NCBI RefSeq assembly: GCF_009931435.1 | Contig: NZ_CP043414.1 | Direction: 5' to 3' (one strand) | DNA from: Escherichia coli | GTDB taxonomy: Bacteria; Pseudomonadota; Gammaproteobacteria; Enterobacterales; Enterobacteriaceae | DNA: 64,000 nt | Made by a program: the position numbers and the translations under genes | The notes under the pieces: model-generated | Told to the model about the DNA's origin: nothing | Database searches by the model: none | Seen by the model: the letters and a program-made list of their open reading frames with translations, nothing else | Shown: piece by piece, positions 23,281 through 36,549 of the stretch | How the letters are laid out: each line of letters starts with the position of its first letter | Numbering within the stretch: position 1 is the stretch's first letter

Positions 23281-24570
23281 ATGAAAGTATTAGTCATTGG
23301 TAACGGCGGGCGCGAGCACGCGCTGGCCTGGAAAGCGGCCCAGTCGCCGCTGGTTGAGACTGTTTTTGTTGCTCCGGGTAACGCAGGTACTGCGTTGGAA
23401 CCCACGCTGCAAAACGTCGCTATCGGCGTGACCGATATCCCGGCGCTGCTGGATTTCGCACAAAACGAAAAGATCGATCTGACCATCGTCGGCCCGGAAG
23501 CACCGCTGGTGAAAGGCGTGGTCGATACTTTCCGCGCCGCCGGGCTGAAAATCTTCGGCCCAACCGCAGGTGCCGCGCAACTTGAAGGCTCGAAAGCGTT
23601 TACCAAGGATTTCCTGGCCCGCCATAAGATCCCTACGGCGGAATACCAGAACTTCACCGAGGTCGAACCTGCGCTGGCGTATCTGCGTGAAAAAGGCGCG
23701 CCCATCGTTATTAAAGCTGACGGTCTGGCTGCCGGGAAAGGCGTTATCGTGGCGATGACGCTGGAAGAAGCGGAAGCGGCTGTTCACGATATGCTGGCGG
23801 GCAACGCTTTTGGCGACGCGGGTCATCGCATCGTTATCGAAGAGTTCCTCGATGGCGAAGAAGCGAGCTTTATCGTGATGGTGGACGGCGAGCATGTGCT
23901 GCCGATGGCCACCAGTCAGGACCACAAACGCGTAGGTGATAAAGATACCGGGCCGAACACGGGCGGGATGGGCGCTTACTCCCCTGCACCAGTGGTGACC
24001 GATGAGGTTCATCAGCGCACCATGGAACGTATCATCTGGCCAACCGTGAAAGGCATGGCAGCGGAAGGCAGCACCTACACCGGTTTTCTCTACGCGGGCC
24101 TGATGATCGACAAACAGGGCAATCCGAAGGTTATCGAATTTAACTGCCGCTTTGGCGATCCGGAAACCCAGCCGATTATGCTACGCATGAAGTCCGATCT
24201 GGTTGAGCTTTGCCTGGCGGCCTGTGAAGGTACGCTTGACGAGAAAACGTCCGAGTGGGATGAACGCGCTTCTCTCGGCGTGGTGATGGCTGCGGGTGGA
24301 TATCCGGGCGATTACCGCACCGGCGATGTGATCCACGGCCTGCCGCTGGAAGAAGCGTCTGACGGCAAAGTGTTCCACGCGGGCACAAAACTGGCGGATG
24401 ACGAGCAGGTGGTAACCAGCGGCGGGCGCGTACTGTGCGTCACCGCGCTGGGTCATACCGTGGCAGAAGCGCAGAAACGCGCTTATGCCTTAATGACCAA
24501 TATCCATTGGGACGATTGCTTCTGCCGGAAGGATATCGGCTGGCGCGCCATCGAACGCGAGCAGAACTAA
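23281..24570 (+). CDS. purD: Phosphoribosylamine-glycine ligase PurD (429 aa)
   Basis: ORF 23269..24570 trimmed to MKVLVIGNGGREHALAWK start; ATP-grasp fold; coupled to purH. Confidence 0.96.
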   Translation: MKVLVIGNGGREHALAWKAAQSPLVETVFVAPGNAGTALEPTLQNVAIGVTDIPALLDFAQNEKIDLTIVGPEAPLVKGVVDTFRAAGLKIFGPTAGAAQLEGSKAFTKDFLARHKIPTAEYQNFTEVEPALAYLREKGAPIVIKADGLAAGKGVIVAMTLEEAEAAVHDMLAGNAFGDAGHRIVIEEFLDGEEASFIVMVDGEHVLPMATSQDHKRVGDKDTGPNTGGMGAYSPAPVVTDEVHQRTMERIIWPTVKGMAAEGSTYTGFLYAGLMIDKQGNPKVIEFNCRFGDPETQPIMLRMKSDLVELCLAACEGTLDEKTSEWDERASLGVVMAAGGYPGDYRTGDVIHGLPLEEASDGKVFHAGTKLADDEQVVTSGGRVLCVTALGHTVAEAQKRAYALMTNIHWDDCFCRKDIGWRAIEREQN

Positions 24571-25892
24571 CGCGACAGTTTTGCCAATAGCGTTTTGCGC
24601 GTAATCCCTAACTGACGGGCGGCTTCGGTTTTGTTGCCGCCCGTTTTCTCCAGCGCCGCCAGAATCACTTCTTTTTCGACTTCCACCAGCGGCTGAATAT
24701 CCTGACTTTGCACCAGCGGGATCGGCGTACTGGCAATCGCCAGCGGCAGCTCGCGTTCGGAAATATATTCCCCGGTCAGCAGCACCACCGCCCGTTCCAC
24801 CGCGTTTTCCAGTTCACGAATATTTCCCGGCCAGTCGTAGTGAATCAGCAGATCCATCGCCTGGGGCGTAAACCCTTTTACCGCCTTGCGATTGCGTTCG
24901 GCAAAGCGCTGCAGAAAATGACCAGCCAGCAGAGGAATATCTTCCCGCCGCTGACGCAGCGGCGGTACTTCAATCGCCACCACATTCAGGCGATAGTAGA
25001 GATCCTGGCGAAAACGCCCGGCATTCACCTCAGCGGCAAGATCGCGATGAGTCGCCGCAATCAGCCGGACATCAACCGAGATAGTCTGATTGCTGCCGAC
25101 ACGCTGAACTTCGCGCTCCTGAATCGCACGCAGCAGACGAACCTGCATCATCGGCGAGATATCGCCAATTTCATCGAGAAACAGCGTGCCGCCGTCCGCC
25201 TCAACAAAGCGCCCTTCCCGCCGTTTGTCGGCTCCGGTAAACGCCCCTTTTTCGTGACCGAACAATTCAGATTCCAGTAAGGATTCGTTGAGTGCCGCAC
25301 AGTTGAGCGTTACCAGCGGCTTTTCACTCCGTGCGCTACTGGCGTGAATCGCCCTGGCGACCAGCTCTTTACCGGTGCCGGAATCGCCGTGGATCAGCAC
25401 CGTGGCTTCCGATGGCGCGACGAGGGCAATTTCACTGAGCAGGTGCTGCATCGCCGGGCTTTTACCGACCATACCGAACTGGCTGGCAGACACCGCAGGC
25501 GTTTCAGCATCAACACTGTGCGTATGCGCAAGCGCCTTTTCCAGGGTTGCCTGCAGGTTATCGAAATCCAGCGGCTTGATGAGATAATCCAGCGCCCCGG
25601 TTTTCAACGCCTCTACCGCCGTCTCGACGCTGGAGTACGCGGTCATAATCAGTACCGGAATTGCCGGATTTAACGCTTTGATCTCTTTCAGCGTGGCGAT
25701 GCCATCCATCTCTGCCATTCGCACATCACAAAGCACAAGATCAAAAACCTGTTCCCGCACTTGCTCCAGCGCCTGTCGCCCGCTGTTCGCCAGCGCGACG
25801 TTATAGCCCCAGCCGCGCAGCAATGCCTGCAAGATAGTGCAGTGGCTAATGTCATCATCCACCACCAGAATATCGATATTATCGTGCGTCAT
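24567..25892 (-). CDS. zraR: Sigma54-dependent response regulator ZraR (441 aa)
   Basis: Receiver domain, AAA+ sigma54-activator domain (GESGTGKE, GAFTGA) and C-terminal HTH. Confidence 0.96.
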   Translation of the reverse strand: MTHDNIDILVVDDDISHCTILQALLRGWGYNVALANSGRQALEQVREQVFDLVLCDVRMAEMDGIATLKEIKALNPAIPVLIMTAYSSVETAVEALKTGALDYLIKPLDFDNLQATLEKALAHTHSVDAETPAVSASQFGMVGKSPAMQHLLSEIALVAPSEATVLIHGDSGTGKELVARAIHASSARSEKPLVTLNCAALNESLLESELFGHEKGAFTGADKRREGRFVEADGGTLFLDEIGDISPMMQVRLLRAIQEREVQRVGSNQTISVDVRLIAATHRDLAAEVNAGRFRQDLYYRLNVVAIEVPPLRQRREDIPLLAGHFLQRFAERNRKAVKGFTPQAMDLLIHYDWPGNIRELENAVERAVVLLTGEYISERELPLAIASTPIPLVQSQDIQPLVEVEKEVILAALEKTGGNKTEAARQLGITRKTLLAKLSR

Positions 25893-27265
25893 CCTTGTGG
25901 GTCCTTACGCGTAATATTGACCGGAAGCCAGAGGGTGAACGTTGCACCTTTCCCCTCCTGGCTTACGACCTGAATTGTACCACCGTGTTGTTCAACAATA
26001 TTATGCACAACCGCCAGCCCCAGTCCGGTGCCTTCGGCTTTGGTGGTGAAGTACGGGGTGAAGATGGCTTCAAGCTGATCCGCCGCAATTCCCTTACCGC
26101 TGTCGGTTACGCTTATTTTAACGCCTGCGCTGCTTTCGTTGGCCGTCACGCTAATCACGCCATGCTGACCAATAGCCTGAATAGCATTGAGATAGAGATT
26201 CAACAGGACCTGAGTCAGTCGGTCCGGATCGGCCTGTATCTCCGGCAATGCGTCGTTGGCGGTAAAGCGTAATTGGATCTCCCTACTGTTTGCATCCTGG
26301 CTTACCAGTTGTAATGAGTGGTTAATCAGCGTGTTGAGATCCACCGCCTTCAAAGCAAGATGCGTTGGCTTAACCAGCTCCAGCAGCTCGCTTACCACGC
26401 GGTTTAAACGGTCGGCTTCTTTCGCCATCACCTGCGCCAATTGATGCGCTTCTCCTCCTGCTGGTGCGCGTTCGGCAAAATATTTCGCCAGCCCTTTAAT
26501 CGAGGAAAGCGGGTTACGGATTTCATGGGCGACGCCTGCGGCCAGATGTCCCAGCGCCACCAGCTTCTCTTTGCGCTTCATTTCATCCTGTAACAGCTGG
26601 CGCGAGCGAAGATAGCGGCGATACCAGAAGAATGACAACACGCTTGCCAGCAAGACCGTCGCCAGGGCGAAGAGGATAATCAGGGTGTTTCTCTGCTCAC
26701 GCTCTTCGGCACTCACAATGTTACTGGCGTCGAAAGCGATAAAAATTGCTTGTGGTGTCGCGGCATACTGCTGCATATGGCGCATCCGGTGCATTCCAGC
26801 AGCAAACATCGGTTGAAACTGGCGATAAATTTCCAGAACAGGCTCGCCGTCTGCGCTATCGATCCGCCGCCACGCTTCTTCGTCTCCCGGATGTAACTGC
26901 TGCATTTCCTGCGGGGAATAAAGCTGTTTTCCCACCATGCCGGAGTTGCTATGCATCACGATTGTTCCTTGTTCATCCGTGACCGCAAACCAACGCACTC
27001 CTGGCTGCCCAGCCATTTCTTCCAGTAAAGCCTGCTGCTGCGCATGATGCATGCGCATCCCCATACCGACGCGCGAGCCGGATTCGAGAGCGCGGATAAG
27101 TACACTGCCTTTTTCCAGCAGAGTTTGTCTGGCGGCGGCAGTCTCGCGCCCATAATCGCGAATCACGGTCACTGCAAACAACCCCACCAGTCCAACAATG
27201 ACTACGGGAAGGATCGCGCTTAACCATTTTGCTAAGGCATCTTTTGATCGCTGCATAAAACGCAT
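25889..27265 (-). CDS. zraS: Sensor histidine kinase ZraS
   Basis: 458-aa ORF with two TM segments, H-box (HEIRNPL) and HATPase domain; 4-bp overlap with zraR. Confidence 0.93.
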   Translation of the reverse strand: MRFMQRSKDALAKWLSAILPVVIVGLVGLFAVTVIRDYGRETAAARQTLLEKGSVLIRALESGSRVGMGMRMHHAQQQALLEEMAGQPGVRWFAVTDEQGTIVMHSNSGMVGKQLYSPQEMQQLHPGDEEAWRRIDSADGEPVLEIYRQFQPMFAAGMHRMRHMQQYAATPQAIFIAFDASNIVSAEEREQRNTLIILFALATVLLASVLSFFWYRRYLRSRQLLQDEMKRKEKLVALGHLAAGVAHEIRNPLSSIKGLAKYFAERAPAGGEAHQLAQVMAKEADRLNRVVSELLELVKPTHLALKAVDLNTLINHSLQLVSQDANSREIQLRFTANDALPEIQADPDRLTQVLLNLYLNAIQAIGQHGVISVTANESSAGVKISVTDSGKGIAADQLEAIFTPYFTTKAEGTGLGLAVVHNIVEQHGGTIQVVSQEGKGATFTLWLPVNITRKDPQG

Positions 27266-27295
27266 CTTCTTCTTTGCCTGTTCATCCCTTTTTGA

Positions 27296-27312
27296 CAGCA
27301 GAAATCATGCCA
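27296..27312 (-). promoter_or_regulatory. Candidate sigma54 promoter for zraSR
   Basis: Minus-strand TGGCAT-N5-CTGCT (GG/GC spacing as in -24/-12 elements) about 30 nt upstream of the zraS start. Confidence 0.45.
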
Positions 27313-27363
27313 TCTTTTATTAGCACTTACCCTGCGCTTTAACACAAAGGCTTAAGTTTCAAT

Positions 27364-27409
27364 GAGTAAAAATGACTCGCCACACACAGCAGGCGAGTCA
27401 TTTTTACTC
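27364..27409. promoter_or_regulatory. ZraR enhancer: 18-bp perfect inverted repeat between divergent zraSR and zraP
   Basis: GAGTAAAAATGACTCGCC -10 bp- GGCGAGTCATTTTTACTC. Confidence 0.7.
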
Positions 27410-27451
27410 GTTTATCATGTCATATTGCCCGTCATATCAGCGTTTCGCCGT

Positions 27452-27467
27452 TGGCACGAAAGATGCA
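27452..27467 (+). promoter_or_regulatory. Sigma54 promoter of zraP
   Basis: TGGCACGAAAGATGCA (-24 GG / -12 GC) about 40 nt upstream of the zraP ATG. Confidence 0.65.
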
Positions 27468-27502
27468 ATACCCGAAGTAAGACAACCACTGGAGGATTAA
27501 CC

Positions 27503-27922
27503 ATGAAACGGAACACGAAAATTGCCCTGGTGATGATGGCGCTTTCAGCAATGGCGATGGGATCGACATCTGCATTTGCTCACGGCGGACACGGTATGTG
27601 GCAGCAAAATGCCGCGCCTTTGACCAGCGAACAACAGACAGCGTGGCAGAAAATCCATAATGACTTTTACGCTCAAAGCAGCGCACTGCAACAGCAACTG
27701 GTGACGAAGCGTTATGAATACAATGCCCTGTTAGCCGCGAACCCACCGGATAGCAGCAAAATTAACGCGGTCGCCAAAGAGATGGAGAATTTGCGTCAGT
27801 CGTTAGATGAGTTACGGGTGAAACGAGATATTGCGATGGCTGAAGCGGGTATTCCGCGCGGTACCGGAATGGGTTACGGCGGCTGCGGTGGTGGCGGTCA
27901 TATGGGTATGGGCCACTGGTAA
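27503..27922 (+). CDS. zraP: Periplasmic zinc-binding chaperone ZraP (139 aa)
   Basis: ORF 27362..27922 trimmed to MKRNTKIALVMMALSAMAMG (signal peptide) with GGAGG SD; Gly/His/Met-rich C-terminus. Confidence 0.92.
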   Translation: MKRNTKIALVMMALSAMAMGSTSAFAHGGHGMWQQNAAPLTSEQQTAWQKIHNDFYAQSSALQQQLVTKRYEYNALLAANPPDSSKINAVAKEMENLRQSLDELRVKRDIAMAEAGIPRGTGMGYGGCGGGGHMGMGHW

Positions 27923-27923
27923 A

Positions 27924-28625
27924 TCAGAACGTTTTCTCATTGGGTTGCCAGCGACAGAAATCAGAGTTTGCCACTAACAGTAATTGCGAACCTTCGGGCG
28001 CTTCCAGCCATGCCACGCTGACATCAACAGAAGAGCGGCTCTGGCGGCGCTCGATATGCGCTATCGCCTGCGAATCTAAATCAGGTTTAATGGTTTGCCC
28101 TTCGCAGGTGGTCACGGTCTGTTCCATCGCATGCCAGCGCCCCTGGCGCAGCACGACTCTCCCCTGACGTAAGGCATCGCTAATCTGGCGGATCTGATCA
28201 GCACGATAACGGTATAAATCGATTTGGTCGTTAGAAAGCTGCTGCTTTTCCCCATCGGATTCACGTTGCATAAAGCTCAGATCGCCGCGATCGTCAAAAC
28301 GCGCGCGAATATTCACCGGCGGTTTGCTGTAAACATTGATATTGATAAGCGTGAGGTTATCGCCCTGCCAGCGATACTCTCGCGTCGTGGTATCGCCACT
28401 GCGCCACGGGCTAAACACAGCAAGCAGATGCACATTATTGCCACTGTCTTTTCGCCAGATACGTACCGCGCCCTGATCTTCAGCAAATCCACTGGCGGTA
28501 AAGGGAGGAAGTGAAGAGTTGTGACTACAGGCAGTGAGAAACAGAGCGCCCGCCAGCATCAATGATCGACGCCAGAAAGACAAAAGGGGTGAAACCACCC
28601 CTTCGTTAAAACTGTTCACTGCCAC
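27924..28625 (-). CDS. yjaH: DUF1481-type putative lipoprotein YjaH
   Basis: 233-aa ORF with lipobox-like LFLTAC near the N-terminus; immediately downstream of hupA. Confidence 0.85.
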   Translation of the reverse strand: MAVNSFNEGVVSPLLSFWRRSLMLAGALFLTACSHNSSLPPFTASGFAEDQGAVRIWRKDSGNNVHLLAVFSPWRSGDTTTREYRWQGDNLTLININVYSKPPVNIRARFDDRGDLSFMQRESDGEKQQLSNDQIDLYRYRADQIRQISDALRQGRVVLRQGRWHAMEQTVTTCEGQTIKPDLDSQAIAHIERRQSRSSVDVSVAWLEAPEGSQLLLVANSDFCRWQPNEKTF

Positions 28626-28631
28626 GCAATC

Positions 28632-28904
28632 TTACTTAACTGCGTCTTTCAGTGCCTTGCCAGAAACAAATGCCGGCACGTTAGCTGCGGCAATTTTGAT
28701 TTCTTTACCGGTCTGCGGGTTGCGGCCAGTACGCTCAGCGCGGTGGTTCACTTTGAAGGTACCGAAACCAACCAGTTGTACAGCATCGCCTTCTTTCAGA
28801 GACTCAGTAATTGCAGCCAGAGTGGACTCCAGAGCAGCTTTAGCCTGGGTTTTGGACAGTTCTGCTTTCTCTGCAATTACATCAATCAGTTGAGTCTTGT
28901 TCAT
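28632..28904 (-). CDS. hupA: DNA-binding protein HU-alpha (90 aa)
   Basis: [29 protein letters not shown]...; classic HU fold. Confidence 0.98.
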
Positions 28905-29090
28905 AAGTTATCCTTACAATGTGTTTATCGCTTGCTAAGCATCGAGTGCGACGGAAATGCCAGAATAGCACTCTCCTGCATACACGCACCGATAGCCACT
29001 TTTTTTCGCCCCCCAAATGTAGACCAGACGGGGGGCGAAAGGGAAGACTCCAGGTATGACAAATCAGGCGTTAAATCACGTTTTCTGGTC

Positions 29091-29681
29091 TTATTGCTGA
29101 AAAATTATACCAATATTGCTCTCGCCCGCCTCACGCAGGTCTGCCCTAAGGCCTTTTATCAGCTCGATATCGCGTTCTTCGCACTCAGCTAAAAGTCGGA
29201 ATATTTCCCACTGAATGTCCCACTCTTGCTCTACAGCTGGGTTTTCTTTGAGCTCTTCATCGCTCATTTCACGGCCAGCCTGAGTCATTTCCAGCATCGC
29301 CACGGTCGTGATGGAGGTCTTACTCACTTCTACCGCGTGTTCGAGCGTTTCGCCACTTAAACGCGAATGGACCAGTTCACTTAACGCCACGCAAGCATCG
29401 ATTGCCGGATAAACGCCGTACAGATCGAAATCGTCCGCTGAAGGAATCGCTTCTTCAAATTTCTCCAGTTGGCTGTCGAAATTTACTTTTGCGTCTTTGA
29501 CGGTCAGTGTTTCCCAGATGAGATCGAGAATGCGGCGGTAAATTTGCCCATCGCCGAAGCCGGTTTGCTGGCAGAACATGGCGTAATTGGGGTACATGCG
29601 TTCGCATAAGCAAGCCATGAAAGTGACGTGCTGCCAGCTTTCCAGGCGCTCCAGACGCAGATGAATTGGGTTTTGTAACAT
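29091..29681 (-). CDS. yjaG: DUF416 family protein YjaG (196 aa)
   Basis: Full-length ORF in the conserved position between nfi and hupA. Confidence 0.88.
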   Translation of the reverse strand: MLQNPIHLRLERLESWQHVTFMACLCERMYPNYAMFCQQTGFGDGQIYRRILDLIWETLTVKDAKVNFDSQLEKFEEAIPSADDFDLYGVYPAIDACVALSELVHSRLSGETLEHAVEVSKTSITTVAMLEMTQAGREMSDEELKENPAVEQEWDIQWEIFRLLAECEERDIELIKGLRADLREAGESNIGIIFQQ

Positions 29682-29723
29682 GTTGAGTTCTCGAATACGG
29701 AAATTATCCGCAGTTTACCTGAA

Positions 29724-30395
29724 TTAGGGCTGATTTGCTGTATAGCGCACGAACGCCGGACGTTCCGAAGCCACCGCGTCTGCCCAGCGCGTTGGCTCCG
29801 GCAGACGATAGCCTTTCATGCAGCGTTGTACCCAGGCCAGCGCACTATCCATGCTGACACGATGGCCAGTTGCGATAAATAGCGGGTTACAGCGCGCTTT
29901 ACTGCGCCAGACCCAGGCCAGCTGCTCGCCTTTATCCATCAACGGTGCCAGCGCGCCCGGTTCGCTGGAGAGCGGCTCGAATTTACCGCATAACCGCTTT
30001 TTCGCTACGCCAATGGTCGGTACGTCCACTAATAAGCCAAAATGGCTGGCAACGCCAAGACGGCGCGGATGCGAGATCCCATGACCATCGACAAACACTA
30101 AATCCGGCTTTTGCGACAGCATCTCCCACGCTGCCAGCAGCGCAGGATATTCGCGGAAGGAAAGAAAACCTGGAATGTAAGGCATGGTGGTGGCGATGCG
30201 TGCCACTTTATACTCCACCAGCTCAAGAGAGGGGTATTTCAGCAGCACCATCGCCGCTCGCGTCACTTCTCCGCCCTGCTCAAACCCGACATCGGCTCCG
30301 GCGATCAGATCCGGCGGATCTTTATCAAGTCGATCCTCACGGATCACAGAAGAAGCCAGTTCGATTTGTTGAGCGCGTAATGACGCGAGATCCAT
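29724..30395 (-). CDS. nfi: Endonuclease V (deoxyinosine 3' endonuclease), 223 aa
   Basis: Full-length ORF, co-directional and adjacent to hemE. Confidence 0.95.
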   Translation of the reverse strand: MDLASLRAQQIELASSVIREDRLDKDPPDLIAGADVGFEQGGEVTRAAMVLLKYPSLELVEYKVARIATTMPYIPGFLSFREYPALLAAWEMLSQKPDLVFVDGHGISHPRRLGVASHFGLLVDVPTIGVAKKRLCGKFEPLSSEPGALAPLMDKGEQLAWVWRSKARCNPLFIATGHRVSMDSALAWVQRCMKGYRLPEPTRWADAVASERPAFVRYTANQP

Positions 30396-30404
30396 AATCG
30401 CTCC

Positions 30405-31469
30405 TTAGCGGTGATATTGTTCAGACAACCGATGCACAGCCTCCACAAACACGCCAGCATGTTCTGGCGGCACATCCTGATGAATGCCGTGACCAAGGTT
30501 AAAGACATGACCTTCGCCGTGACCGAAACCTGCAAGTATAGTCGCGACTTCTTCTTCAATGCGGGCAGGTGGCGCGTACAGCATCGACGGATCCATATTA
30601 CCCTGCAGCGCGACTTTATTGCCCACGCGGCGGCGCGCATCGGCGATATCCGTTGTCCAGTCGAGGCCCAGCGCATCGCAACCCGTTTCCGCCATAGCTT
30701 CCAGCCACTGTCCACCGCCTTTGGTAAACAGCGTGACCGGTACGCGGCGACCGTCGTTTTCACGCAGTAAACCATCAACTATTTTATGCATGTAATAGAG
30801 CGAGAACTGTTGATAATCGCGCCCGGTTAGCACGCCGCCCCAGGTGTCGAAAACCATCACTGCCTGAGCACCGGCTTTAATTTGCGCATTCAGATACAGA
30901 GTGACGCTTTTCGCCAGTTTATCGAGTAGCGCGTGCAGCGCCTGCGGCTCGGCATACATCATCTTTTTGATCACGGTGAAGGCTTTGCTGCTGCCACCTT
31001 CCACCATGTAGGTCGCCAGGGTCCACGGGCTGCCGGAAAAACCAATCAGCGGCACTTCGCCTTTCAGTTCGCGGCGAATAGTACGCACCGCGTTCATCAC
31101 GTAACCCAACTCATCTTCCGGGTCCGGAATTGGCAGTTTATCAACATCAGCTTTGCAGGTGACTGGAGAGGTAAAACGTGGGCCTTCTCCGGCTTCAAAA
31201 TAGAGCCCTAACCCCATCGCATCCGGCACGGTGAGGATATCGGAAAAGAGGATCGCCGCATCCAGCGGATAGCGACGCAGCGGTTGCAAAGTCACTTCGC
31301 ACGCCAGCTCTGCATTTTTGCACAGCGACATAAAATCGCCCGCCTGGGCGCGCGTGGCTTTATATTCCGGTAGATAGCGACCCGCCTGGCGCATCATCCA
31401 TACTGGAGTGACATCAACGGGCTGGCGCAGCAGCGCCCGCAGATAACGATCGTTTTTGAGTTCGGTCAT
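30405..31469 (-). CDS. hemE: Uroporphyrinogen decarboxylase HemE (354 aa)
   Basis: [36 protein letters not shown]... Confidence 0.97.
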   Translation of the reverse strand: MTELKNDRYLRALLRQPVDVTPVWMMRQAGRYLPEYKATRAQAGDFMSLCKNAELACEVTLQPLRRYPLDAAILFSDILTVPDAMGLGLYFEAGEGPRFTSPVTCKADVDKLPIPDPEDELGYVMNAVRTIRRELKGEVPLIGFSGSPWTLATYMVEGGSSKAFTVIKKMMYAEPQALHALLDKLAKSVTLYLNAQIKAGAQAVMVFDTWGGVLTGRDYQQFSLYYMHKIVDGLLRENDGRRVPVTLFTKGGGQWLEAMAETGCDALGLDWTTDIADARRRVGNKVALQGNMDPSMLYAPPARIEEEVATILAGFGHGEGHVFNLGHGIHQDVPPEHAGVFVEAVHRLSEQYHR

Positions 31470-31508
31470 TTTGGCTGTTCCTTAGTGCGTCAGGCGGTCA
31501 GTGTATCA

Positions 31509-32282
31509 TCACTCATACTCTGCCCGACACATCGCCACCGTATCTTCTATCAGACGGCGCGCCACGGTGCCGGGCGGCGGAAGTAACGGTAAATCATCGT
31601 AGCGATACCAGTTCGCCTCGAGCAGCTCTTTCGGATCAATCACGATGTCGCCGCTGTCATATTCCGCCATAAATGCGGTCATCAGCGACTGGGGAAACGG
31701 CCACGGCTGAGAAGTCACGTACCGCAAGTTTTTAACTTTAATTCCGCTCTCTTCCATCACTTCCCGCGCGACCGCCTGCTCGAGGGTTTCGCCCACTTCG
31801 ACGAATCCGGCAAGTACCGTATGGACACCGTTACGATGGCGGGTATGCTGGGCGAGGAGGATCGAATCATCGCGACGGATGGCAACAATAATGCAGGGGG
31901 CGATTTGCGGGTAGTAACGCTCACGGCAATGGCTGCACAGCATCGCCCATTCGGTTTTGCTCGGATACATTTCATGCCCGCAGTAACCACAGTATTTATG
32001 CGATCGGTAAAACTCCGCCAGTTGCACGCCACGTCCGGCCAGTTGAAACAGCCCAACATCGAGATCAATGACCTGACGTACCGACCCCATATCGTGACGC
32101 CGCTGCTGTTGTACTAACCAAACAGGTTCCCCCTGCCATTCGCCGATTTGTAGTGCGCGCTGACCCACAAGATCGAAATTTGCCGCTTCGCCATATGGCA
32201 ATTCTCCCTTCGGCAACCATAATTTTTGTTCATGGCTGACGACCCACCAGCCGTGATCTAATTTTTCAATTATACGATCCAT
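31509..32282 (-). CDS. nudC: NADH pyrophosphatase (Nudix) NudC, 257 aa
   Basis: Nudix box ([23 protein letters not shown]) and zinc-ribbon cysteines. Confidence 0.95.
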
Positions 32283-32376
32283 AGCTCTTGCACTACCTTT
32301 GCATCACTGGCATGTTTAACATGGTTTTTACATTTCTCACTGAGCAGTTTTTGAATACAAACTTGCGGAGTCAATC

Positions 32377-32853
32377 ATGCTTAACCAGCTCGATAACCTG
32401 ACGGAGCGCGTCAGAGGAAGTAACAAACTGGTTGATCGCTGGCTACATGTACGTAAGCATCTGCTCGTGGCTTACTACAATCTGGTTGGCATTAAGCCTG
32501 GCAAAGAATCGTACATGAGGCTAAACGAAAAAGCCCTTGATGATTTTTGTCAGAGCCTGGTCGATTACTTGTCTGCCGGACATTTCAGTATTTATGAGCG
32601 CATTCTTCATAAACTGGAAGGCAATGGGCAACTCGCACGCGCCGCGAAGATTTGGCCACAACTCGAAGCCAATACCCAACAGATTATGGATTACTACGAT
32701 TCCAGCCTGGAAACCGCTATCGATCATGATAATTACCTTGAGTTTCAACAGGTTTTATCTGACATCGGCGAGGCCCTGGAAGCGCGCTTTGTGCTGGAAG
32801 ATAAGCTGATTCTGCTGGTGCTTGACGCCGCCCGCGTCAAACATCCTGCTTGA
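32377..32853 (+). CDS. rsd: Anti-sigma70 factor Rsd (158 aa)
   Basis: MLNQLDNLTERVRGSNKLVDRWLHVRKHLLVAYYNLVG... Confidence 0.95.
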   Translation: MLNQLDNLTERVRGSNKLVDRWLHVRKHLLVAYYNLVGIKPGKESYMRLNEKALDDFCQSLVDYLSAGHFSIYERILHKLEGNGQLARAAKIWPQLEANTQQIMDYYDSSLETAIDHDNYLEFQQVLSDIGEALEARFVLEDKLILLVLDAARVKHPA

Positions 32854-32904
32854 GTTCTGCGCTGTTAACGCGTAATTTACATTCAACGCCCCGTTTGCGG
32901 GGCT

Positions 32905-33075
32905 AATTTCTTGTCGGAGTGCCTTAACTGGCTGAGACCGTTTATTCGGGATCCGCGGAACCTGATCAGGCTAATACCTGCGAAGGGAACAAGAGTTAAT
33001 CTGCTATCGCATCGCCTTTGCGGCGATCGTCTCTTGCTTCATCCGTCGTCTGACAAGCCACGTCCTTAACTTTTT
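32905..33075 (+). promoter_or_regulatory. TPP (thi-box) riboswitch in the thiC leader
   Basis: Contains CTGAGA ... ACCTGATCAGGCTAATACCTGCGAAGGGAAC thi-box consensus; ends at the thiC SD/ATG. Confidence 0.7.
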
Positions 33076-33082
33076 GGAATGA

Positions 33083-35608
<2,526 letters not shown>

Positions 35609-35616
<8 letters not shown>

Positions 35617-36364
35617 CCGTGACTTTATGCGTTATAGCCGCCAAATCCTGCTCGACGATATCGCTCTTGACGGGCAGCAAAAACTGCTCGACAGCCAGGT
35701 GCTGATTATTGGTCTTGGCGGGCTGGGTACACCTGCTGCGCTATACCTGGCGGGGGCTGGTGTCGGGACGCTGGTACTGGCAGATGACGACGATGTGCAT
35801 TTAAGCAATCTGCAACGACAAATCCTCTTTACCACTGAAGATATCGATCGCCCGAAATCGCAGGTCAGCCAACAGCGACTGACACAGTTGAATCCCGACA
35901 TTCAACTGACAACATTACAACAACGGTTAACGGGTAAGGCGTTAAAAGATGCGGTAGCACGGGCCGATGTGGTGCTCGACTGTACCGACAACATGGCGAC
36001 TCGCCAGGAGATTAATGCCGCCTGCGTAGCACTTAACACACCGCTTATCACCGCCAGCGCGGTCGGATTTGGTGGTCAGTTGATGGTGCTGACACCGCCC
36101 TGGGAACAGGGGTGTTACCGCTGCCTGTGGCCGGATAACCAGGAGCCTAAACGCAACTGCCGCACGGCAGGCGTGGTTGGCCCGGTGGTCGGGGTCATGG
36201 GCACGTTACAGGCACTGGAAGCAATTAAGCTATTGAGTGGTATAGAGACCCCTGCGGGATATCTTCGACTGTTTGACGGTAAATTAAACCAATGGCGCAA
36301 CCTGGCGTTGCGCCGCGCCAGCGGTTGCCCGGTATGCGGAGGAAGCAATGCAGATCCTGTTTAA
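35609..36364 (+). CDS. thiF: ThiS adenylyltransferase ThiF (251 aa)
   Basis: ORF 35516..36364 trimmed to [15 protein letters not shown] start; E1-like fold with GLGGLG motif. Confidence 0.94.
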
Positions 36365-36548
36365 CGATCAACCGATGCAGTGCGTCGCCGGGCTAACTGT
36401 TCACGATCTGCTCGTGCAACTCAATCAACAACAAGCGGGCGCGGCGCTGGCGATTAACCAGCAAATCATCCCGCGAGAGCAGTGGGCGCAACATATCGTG
36501 CAGGATGGCGACCAGATCCTGCTTTTTCAGGTTATTGCAGGGGGTTGA
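36348..36548 (+). CDS. thiS: Sulfur carrier protein ThiS (66 aa)
   Basis: Small ORF ending in GG (…VIAGG), overlaps thiF 3' end. Confidence 0.93.
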   Translation: MQILFNDQPMQCVAGLTVHDLLVQLNQQQAGAALAINQQIIPREQWAQHIVQDGDQILLFQVIAGG

Positions 36549-36549
36549 G

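Noticed and set aside
27362-27502. 47-codon N-terminal extension of zraP (ORF 27362..27922) and similar upstream extensions of metH, iclR, aceA, aceB, purD, thiF, thiG, rpoB, murI and yjaA
   Set aside because: These are TTG/GTG or upstream-ATG artefacts of the ORF track; conserved N-termini, SD positions and regulatory sites indicate the shorter starts used in the feature list.
32886-32904. Hairpin CGCCCCG-TTTG-CGGGGC after rsd, considered as an rsd terminator
   Set aside because: The U-tract is weak and interrupted and the element sits at the 5' edge of the thiC leader/TPP riboswitch, so its assignment is ambiguous; left unannotated.
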